Assembly: GCA_963674705.1 (NCBI GenBank)
Contig: OY771506.1
Location: 1,856,001-1,920,000, forward strand
DNA: 64,000 bases
Direction of reading: 5' to 3'
Origin: Phycisphaeraceae bacterium
Lineage (GTDB): Bacteria; Planctomycetota; Phycisphaerae; Phycisphaerales; Phycisphaeraceae
The position numbers and the translations under genes are program-made. The notes under the pieces are model-generated. The model saw only the letters and a list, made by a program, of their open reading frames with translations, was not told where the DNA came from and ran no database searches. This document shows, piece after piece, positions 57,536-64,000 of the stretch (the stretch's first letter is position 1; every line of letters begins with the position of its first letter).

Positions 57536-59188
57536 ATGTCCGCTGAAAGGATTATTCCAATGTTATTCAGAAGATCATCCGCCATAATGATGCTCCTGTT
57601 GTTGGCGGGTCTGTTATTAACAGGATGCACCCGGGTCGAAGACCATCTTACGATCAATGCCGACGGCAGCGGCACCATCGTGATCAAGACAATTCAAAGC
57701 GAACACATGCCGCCACAGCTATTCATGCAGCGAGGGATGATGGCGAATCAAGCGCCTATCCGCATCTACCCACCCATGAACAGCGAGGAAGCCGAAGTCT
57801 TGTTTCCCGGCGATGATTTTACGATAGAAGAATCGGCTGATGAAGATGGACCGGTTCAAACAATCAGCATCTCGTTTAAGAATGTCAATGATCTGCTAGC
57901 CAGCCCTTATGCCGACATCCGTGCGCTTTCTATCAGCGCCGATGCCGAATCAGGCAAACTGGTTGTTCAATCACGAGGCGGGCTCCACGCCATCGGCTCG
58001 ATAGTGTCCGCGCTAACGGAAGAGTATGCGGATCAGGCGATGAGCAGCATGGAGCTTGGTAAGGAAAAAATCGACGAGATCGAATCCGAGTTTTCCGCCA
58101 GTTTCACAATCACGCTGCCTAACGACGTAACTGCAGAAGATGGTGAAGCAGATGGCAACACTGTTGTCTGGACCGTGGCGCGTGCTGACTACGAATCACG
58201 TGATGCATTTTCTAAAGATCTTCAGCGTGTCATGGTTGCCAGTTGCAGCCTGAATAACATCACTTTTAAGCCGGATTCCCCTATGCGGATGAACCTGCAT
58301 AACTTCGATTCGCTCAAAGAAGGCGGTGTCGGTGAAGGTGATAAGGTCTCGATCGATACTGAAAAAGTGCTATCGCAAGCCGAAGTCAAGCCCTTGGTCG
58401 TGATGCACAGCCGGACCAGCAATTACACCGGCGAGAGCTGGGGTAATGAAAACGCCGGCTGGGTTGTGGCTTACGTAACGTTGCCTAAAGAGTTCAAGCC
58501 GCTGCGTTGGAGTGAATTTCAGGTCGACAAGATAGTGGACGACCAGGGTAACGATCTAATGCAGCAGATCGATGAGGATCGCATGGGCTACGGGGTTTAT
58601 GGCATAGGTTATGACCTGAATCAAGAGCAGGGCATGTTTGGCCCAAGCACGCCCAAAGATACCACTCAAGCCGTACGTTACTTTTATATTCCATTTAACA
58701 CACCCGAACCCACCGCCAAGAACCTTACGACCATAGAAGGTTCTATCAAGGCTATGTACGGCGGCCAGCCGATGCTTATCAAGCTGCCAGGCGTGATTGA
58801 ATCCATTGGCGACAGTAATGATTTTAACATGATTGATGATGAAGCCGGTATTGACAACCCCTCATTGAAGCAGGCGAATCTTAATCTGCAGGTCAGGTAT
58901 ATATCCAACGACGGTCCGATGGTGTCGATCATGCTGACCGCTGAATCGGACGAAACACTCATCAAGAACGTTCAGGTATTTGATTCAAAAGGTCAACCAT
59001 TCCCAACCTACAACGCGTCCGGCTACGGCATGGGAGACGATGACGATCTGCACTTGATGGTGGTGGGCCAGCCTGAGCCGCCGTTGTCTTTGGCGCTGCT
59101 GGTCGATGCGGCCAGCATGTCCGTGCAGGTCCCGGTCAGGTTCACCGATCTGCCCCTGCATCAGACCAAGGAAGGGGGGGGTGAATAA
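57536..59188 (+). CDS. Lipoprotein, LppM-like N-domain (paralog 1)
   Basis: Lipobox LLTGC; HLTINADGSG; ITLP.DV...G....NTVVW; VDDQGNDL...PEPTAKNL..IEG. Confidence 0.75.
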   Translation: MSAERIIPMLFRRSSAIMMLLLLAGLLLTGCTRVEDHLTINADGSGTIVIKTIQSEHMPPQLFMQRGMMANQAPIRIYPPMNSEEAEVLFPGDDFTIEESADEDGPVQTISISFKNVNDLLASPYADIRALSISADAESGKLVVQSRGGLHAIGSIVSALTEEYADQAMSSMELGKEKIDEIESEFSASFTITLPNDVTAEDGEADGNTVVWTVARADYESRDAFSKDLQRVMVASCSLNNITFKPDSPMRMNLHNFDSLKEGGVGEGDKVSIDTEKVLSQAEVKPLVVMHSRTSNYTGESWGNENAGWVVAYVTLPKEFKPLRWSEFQVDKIVDDQGNDLMQQIDEDRMGYGVYGIGYDLNQEQGMFGPSTPKDTTQAVRYFYIPFNTPEPTAKNLTTIEGSIKAMYGGQPMLIKLPGVIESIGDSNDFNMIDDEAGIDNPSLKQANLNLQVRYISNDGPMVSIMLTAESDETLIKNVQVFDSKGQPFPTYNASGYGMGDDDDLHLMVVGQPEPPLSLALLVDAASMSVQVPVRFTDLPLHQTKEGGGE

Positions 59189-60930
59189 TGACAATCCAAA
59201 GTATGAAGGAAACAATCATGCTTAAGGCTATATTTAAACTGCCTGTCCTCTTCGCGCTATTTCTATGCTGTTTTGTGCTGGCGGGTTGCACCAAGGAGTA
59301 CCACCTGACGATCACGATCAACGATGATGGTTCAGCCGATGTGCAAACACGTTACACCATGGATCGTGCCCAGATCGAACAGATGATCAGTTGGGATACG
59401 CGTGATGAGTCTGACATGTATATGCCCGACAACAACCAGCCCGGCTGGGAAGAAGTGGTCGAAGAAGGTGTTGTCATTGAGGATAAACCCGAGCCTGAAG
59501 TTGCTGAGCCGACCGAGCCGCAGCCGCTTACCGATGAACAGATTATTCAAGGCTTCACCAAGCTGTCTGAAGAAAACAGTCCTTTGAAAGATCATGAAGG
59601 TGTCAGCCAGGAGATGATATCGGTCACGGTGGATGAAGAATATCTGCATGCCGAAGGCAAGGCACACTTCGACAGCCTTGAATTACTTGTTAAGCACGGC
59701 GCCTACTACTGGGAACGTGCGGGTATCGATCAGTTCCGTATCGAGAAGAATGATGCCGGCAATATCGTGGCGGTAGCCACTCCCGACGAGAATTTTTCGG
59801 GCCGTGACCGGCAACTGCGCCGCGTCCTCTCAAGCCAGAAGTTCAAAGGCTCGTTCCGGTTGATCATGCCGGGCACAATTGTCTCCAGTCCGCTACCCAA
59901 TACGCAGGACAACGAAACCTGGCTGGATGTTAACGCAGAGGATTCCACCTCGCTCGATCAGCTTCTTGAGATGATGTCACAGGCGCTACAGATAGAAGCC
60001 GAACCGGGCACGATCGATCTCTCGGTCTTGCCTTTGGATTCTGAAGAGTTGTATGAGCCCCCGGTCTATTCCGAATCAGGTGTTGATCAATATTACAAGA
60101 GCCTTGAAGCCGTCGACGCGCCGGACGGCTACTACGCCGAAGCAATCAACCTGACCATCAACACCATGGTGTTGATGCCGGGCGCCAAGGAGCAACTCGG
60201 AGACCGCCTGGAATATCTGGGACGAGGCGAAAGTAACACCGCTAACATCCGCGCAAAACTGTTTGCTCCCGTCGGACAGAAACTGCTTGCGTTGTCTAAG
60301 GTTGAAGTTGAAGGGGCGGTAGACGATTTGGGTAATCAGATCGAATTGAATAAGAAAGAAAGTCCATATGGCATGTATGGCTACATGAGACACTATGGTG
60401 GCGATGAAGAAGCGAATGAAGCGCTGGACTTCAATGTGACGCTTGGCCTGCCCGATCCTGAAGCACAAGCGATCGAAGAAGTGTCCGGCATGCTGGAGGT
60501 GGTCGCGTTTGACGATTGGGCTGAGCACAAAATCGAAAATGTACGCGCGAACCCGGATCGTGAACATGATCTCTCTGACATACTCCCCGGAGCGATCTTG
60601 AAGATTAATCGCTACAGGCGACAGATCGAAACCGAAGGAGGCCACAGCAATGTCCAGGGTTATCTGGCGATTGAAATCCGGGGGGGGGGCGAGGTCCAGA
60701 CTATCCAGATAGAGGTTGTCATCCCCGGTTCCGATCGTGTTTCCAGTTATACAAACATGGATCAATCCAATACGAAACTTGATGTGACCACACGCACCTT
60801 ATTATTGAATTATCATGAATGGATGGATGGTGTACTGGACCCGGACTCGATTGTGCTTGTGATCCGTTATCCGAAAGGTATCCGTCGAGAGCGCGTGCCG
60901 CTATTCCTAGAAGCGCTGGATATGTATTAA
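59188..60930 (+). CDS. Lipoprotein, LppM-like N-domain (paralog 2)
   Basis: TAATG overlap (alternative ATG at 59218); lipobox LAGC; ITINDDGSA; MPGTIVSS; VDDLGNQI...PDPEAQAI.EVSG. Confidence 0.75.
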   Translation: MTIQSMKETIMLKAIFKLPVLFALFLCCFVLAGCTKEYHLTITINDDGSADVQTRYTMDRAQIEQMISWDTRDESDMYMPDNNQPGWEEVVEEGVVIEDKPEPEVAEPTEPQPLTDEQIIQGFTKLSEENSPLKDHEGVSQEMISVTVDEEYLHAEGKAHFDSLELLVKHGAYYWERAGIDQFRIEKNDAGNIVAVATPDENFSGRDRQLRRVLSSQKFKGSFRLIMPGTIVSSPLPNTQDNETWLDVNAEDSTSLDQLLEMMSQALQIEAEPGTIDLSVLPLDSEELYEPPVYSESGVDQYYKSLEAVDAPDGYYAEAINLTINTMVLMPGAKEQLGDRLEYLGRGESNTANIRAKLFAPVGQKLLALSKVEVEGAVDDLGNQIELNKKESPYGMYGYMRHYGGDEEANEALDFNVTLGLPDPEAQAIEEVSGMLEVVAFDDWAEHKIENVRANPDREHDLSDILPGAILKINRYRRQIETEGGHSNVQGYLAIEIRGGGEVQTIQIEVVIPGSDRVSSYTNMDQSNTKLDVTTRTLLLNYHEWMDGVLDPDSIVLVIRYPKGIRRERVPLFLEALDMY

Positions 60931-60952
60931 GGCCTGTATACCGAGAATTAAA

Positions 60953-61004
60953 AATCGGGGCGCTGCCTTTGATTCGTGAATCGACCAAACGCGGCGCCCC
61001 GATT
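60953..61004. terminator. Hairpin between convergent genes, probable bidirectional terminator
   Basis: AATCGGGGCGCTGC ... GCGGCGCCCCGATT. Confidence 0.55.
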
Positions 61005-61045
61005 GCTTTCGATTTGTATATTGATCGCTACTTACCGGGGGTGAT

Positions 61046-62698
61046 TTATGCCCAGGTTTTGCCGGCCTTATCCGTGCCGCAAAGTGTGACCTTCATGCCC
61101 ATCGCCTGCGCCATCGCCGCCTTGGTCAGCATCGCCTGGTCTGCCGACTTCGCATCCTTGGCATACGCGCAATGGATGTGGTTTGCCTGGTGACGCGCCA
61201 TCATCTGGTCGCGGCTCACGCCGTACGTTACACCGTGCATGATCGGCCACTGCACCGATGTTTCATTCCATCGTCGTTCGGTTTCCTGCTTCGGTAGCTT
61301 GACTACGCCGCCACGGCCAAGGTCCATGCACAATTGCCCGCCGGACTTCGAGCCGTTAATCCAGATGCGGGACCAGACAATCTCGCCCGGCTTGGCGATG
61401 CCACGCAGTGTCGAGCCACCGCCGGGGAAGTACATCGCCGGCTGACGGTGTCCGTCGCTGCCACGCCACCCACCGATATGATGGGCCGGCGGGGCGCTAC
61501 CCGAAATCAGGAACACCCAGACATACTCATCGGTCGTGCAGGACTTGTCGAAGTCGCCCCAGCGTAAGTCGTGCAACGTGTTTTCGACCGGCTGCTTTAG
61601 CGCCTTGTGCACGCGATACGTCATCAACGCGTCCAGACCGGCACACTCATCCACCTCATTAAAGTGCGGCACCGGTTGACCGCGATACAACTCGCGCTTG
61701 CCGTCTCGCGACTTCACGGGCGGCCGGCTCGTGTTATTGAGCATCCCTTCCACAAGATCGCTTGCGGGTAACAGGTCTTTGAGCCCCTGTTGATACTGGA
61801 TGCCGATGCAGTCGCAGCCGAAGTCGTCCGCGATCCGAACCGCGGCGATGTACATCTTGCATTGTTCGAGTATCTGGGATTCCGTCAGTTCGGTCTTAGG
61901 ATTCTTGCCGGTGTGGAAGGTCATGCCTTTGTCTGCGAGCCACTTGCGAACTGTTTTAGCCTCACTGTCTTTCACGCACGTCGTTTCGTAATACAGCGCC
62001 GACTGGCTGAGGCGTTCTTTATATACGCCCGTCGGATTCAGCAGGTGGTCGGGGATGATCGCGTTGAACATACCCATACAGCCTTCATCGAACACGCCCA
62101 TGATGGCTTTCTTCTCGGCAAGTTCACTGGCAAGTGACTTGCCAAGCTTGCTCGCATTCGATGGGACCTTCACTTTACCAAGCGGCTTTGTATGTTTGGT
62201 TTTGTGCTTGCACGAGCCGGTTTCGAGCCAGTCGCGGAGGCGCTTGATGAAGTATTTGTCATTGAAGTCCTCGCTCCAGAGCGTGGAATACTTCACGCCG
62301 GCTTTGGTCAGTGAGCCGTTAAGGTTCAGCATGCCGACCAACCCGGGCCAGGTTCCCGACCAGTTGGCGACAGTCAGGATTGGACCGCGATGGCTGGCTA
62401 AACCCGAAAGCACGTGATGCGAATACTGCCAGACCGCCTCGGCAACGATCAACGGCTGATGCGGATCGATCTTCGCGAAGACCTCCATGCCTTCCTTTTG
62501 CGAACCAATAAAGCCATGCTTCTCATCCTTCTTATAAGGATGCGCCCGGCGAACGGTATAACCCTCTGCGCGGATCCGTTCGCATAACGCCTGCTCCATC
62601 TCGTTTTGAGCTTTCCAGCAGGCGCGGTTGGCGGATAAACGCAAGTCACCACTGGCGATCAGTGCGATAGGTTGTTTTTTACGGTTCTTTTTTGGCAT
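61046..62698 (-). CDS. L-fucose/arabinose isomerase-like protein
   Basis: GGAG RBS before ATG 62698; [52 protein letters not shown]. Confidence 0.8.
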   Translation of the reverse strand: MPKKNRKKQPIALIASGDLRLSANRACWKAQNEMEQALCERIRAEGYTVRRAHPYKKDEKHGFIGSQKEGMEVFAKIDPHQPLIVAEAVWQYSHHVLSGLASHRGPILTVANWSGTWPGLVGMLNLNGSLTKAGVKYSTLWSEDFNDKYFIKRLRDWLETGSCKHKTKHTKPLGKVKVPSNASKLGKSLASELAEKKAIMGVFDEGCMGMFNAIIPDHLLNPTGVYKERLSQSALYYETTCVKDSEAKTVRKWLADKGMTFHTGKNPKTELTESQILEQCKMYIAAVRIADDFGCDCIGIQYQQGLKDLLPASDLVEGMLNNTSRPPVKSRDGKRELYRGQPVPHFNEVDECAGLDALMTYRVHKALKQPVENTLHDLRWGDFDKSCTTDEYVWVFLISGSAPPAHHIGGWRGSDGHRQPAMYFPGGGSTLRGIAKPGEIVWSRIWINGSKSGGQLCMDLGRGGVVKLPKQETERRWNETSVQWPIMHGVTYGVSRDQMMARHQANHIHCAYAKDAKSADQAMLTKAAMAQAMGMKVTLCGTDKAGKTWA

Positions 62699-62882
62699 GA
62701 TACGTCTCCATCTTGAGCGGCCACGGAAAACACGACCTTCTTTAGCCCGTGTTATACCTTTAAACGGCTCGCGTATCACATCATAAACATCTGGAAATAC
62801 CACGATAGCAAAATCCTGCCTATAGCAGGATAATGCTATAGTTTGGGATTAGAGCCGATAGGTGTGACCTGCCTTGGGTGAG

Positions 62883-64000
62883 TTATTCCTCTAAGACTCG
62901 TCTATCCAGCAGTCTGACATCGAAAATCCCGCCCGCCATCGAGCCCGGCCTTGCCTGGAAGCGGATGGTCAGCATACCATTTTTTGACTTATTCACAAAG
63001 GTGGCGGGGATGGGGTAACGCACATCCACAAATTCGCCCGGCTGCGGCGCACTGAGCGATACTGACTCCAGCCGCACACCATTAATCAGTATTTCAAACG
63101 CGCGTCGGTCTGACCCGAAGTAAGTCACCATCAAGTCCAGCTTGTCATTACCATTTGAATTTAGATCGTAGCTGAACCAACCATGGGCATGGCGGAAACG
63201 TCGGTCCTGCCAGATACCCGCTTCGGAGTTTTCACCCTTGAAGTTGTGTTCGGTTTCAGGCTGTTGCTCGCCCGGCACCACGCGATCGACCGTCGCCCGA
63301 TCCAGACGCAATCGCTGCTGTTCAACTTCTGCGAGTTGCTTTACCACTTCCTGATACGCTTGCGGGTCCACGCTGCGCCAATACATCATGTAACGATGGT
63401 CATGCAGCCGGAAGAACGGCTCCAGTTTTAACGAATCAAACGTATCCGGCTCGATCGCCTCGCTTGCATCGAAAGTCAACGATTCACCCGCAACCGGTTT
63501 AACCAGCACGAGTAATTGATCCACCTCGGCAACAAACATCGGCGCTTGATCCAATGCCCGCAAAGGCCCGTGTGCTACGTGATCCATCCGCCCGGACCCA
63601 GCCAGCAAACCCGTCATATCTTCCCTGCTCGTCGGCGCCGCAAGCATCACCGGGCCGTACATCAACGCGACGTACTCATCCATGTAAGGCAATGGCTCGA
63701 CGCTGATTTGCATCGGTAACTGAACATCCACGACATCGCCATCATGCCACTCACGATCAACCGCAACATAAGAGCCCGGCCGTGCATCGATCTGAACCGT
63801 CTCGCCCCTAATCGAAATACTGAATCCGTCTGCTGACGCCCACGATGGATGTCGAATTTTCAGCGCAAACTGTCTCGGCTCTTCCAGATTCAATACCAGC
63901 TTTGTACTCGGTTCATCCGGAAAGCGTGTTTGCTGCGTAAGTGTCAGCCCTTTGTCCTTCCAAGTTAATTCAGACGCTACGAACAGGTTTACCCACAGGC
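62883..64000 (-). CDS. GH127/GH146-like beta-L-arabinofuranosidase, C-terminal part (5' end outside window)
   Basis: Frame open to the window end; IRHPSWA, R.W.DGD.V...LPM, YGPVMLA, L.PFF.LHD.RY..YW, PGEQQPE.EH, GWFSY. Confidence 0.85.
   Translation of the reverse strand, partial: LWVNLFVASELTWKDKGLTLTQQTRFPDEPSTKLVLNLEEPRQFALKIRHPSWASADGFSISIRGETVQIDARPGSYVAVDREWHDGDVVDVQLPMQISVEPLPYMDEYVALMYGPVMLAAPTSREDMTGLLAGSGRMDHVAHGPLRALDQAPMFVAEVDQLLVLVKPVAGESLTFDASEAIEPDTFDSLKLEPFFRLHDHRYMMYWRSVDPQAYQEVVKQLAEVEQQRLRLDRATVDRVVPGEQQPETEHNFKGENSEAGIWQDRRFRHAHGWFSYDLNSNGNDKLDLMVTYFGSDRRAFEILINGVRLESVSLSAPQPGEFVDVRYPIPATFVNKSKNGMLTIRFQARPGSMAGGIFDVRLLDRRVLEE

Noticed and set aside
59174..59190. G8 slippage fusing the two lipoprotein genes
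   Set aside because: A +1 shift meets TGA immediately and a -1 shift meets TAA within a few codons, so no fusion is possible; the run probably serves as RBS and Gly codons.
1..64000. CRISPR array or cas genes
   Set aside because: No repeat-spacer periodicity seen; the short 10-mer tandem repeats lack spacers, and no Cas motifs were recognised.

Overview
Bacterial chromosome segment with planctomycete (probably Phycisphaerae) hallmarks: an LEPRxLL giant protein, PEP-CTERM proteins, DUF1559/H-X9-DG prepilin-like proteins and a MoxR-vWA cluster. The taxonomy is inferred from gene families only. From left to right: (1) a 2.7k-aa repetitive extracellular protein and carbohydrate/redox genes. (2) A ~15.3 kb island integrated in tRNA-Gly(GCC), bounded by 46-bp direct repeats at 13026-13071 and 28318-28363. 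It has a phage-satellite-like core (integrase, Xis-like HTHs, primase-helicase, DUF5681/TerS-like gene, no capsid genes). Its defence-like cargo is a C5 methyltransferase, a MORC-type GHKL/histidine-kinase fusion, a receiver protein, a PD-(D/E)XK-like nuclease and Vsr. It also contains a candidate structured RNA. (3) Two adjacent micronutrient cassettes built on the same plan, a PEP-CTERM surface protein followed by a type IV prepilin-like protein. One sits behind a cobalamin riboswitch (BtuH-like and DUF4465/BtuJ-like genes). The other sits behind putative NikR operators and continues into a metal ABC transporter. (4) trxB, ruvA followed by a (GGGGTT)5 tract, and a DUF3592-like gene. (5) An ~18 kb MoxR/DUF58/vWA/DUF4159 operon extended by a tetraheme cytochrome-metallophosphoesterase lipoprotein, a Trx-HEAT protein and two paralogous lipoproteins. 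(6) A fucose-isomerase-like gene and the 3' part of a GH127-like gene. All family assignments come from motif recognition by eye; no searches were run.
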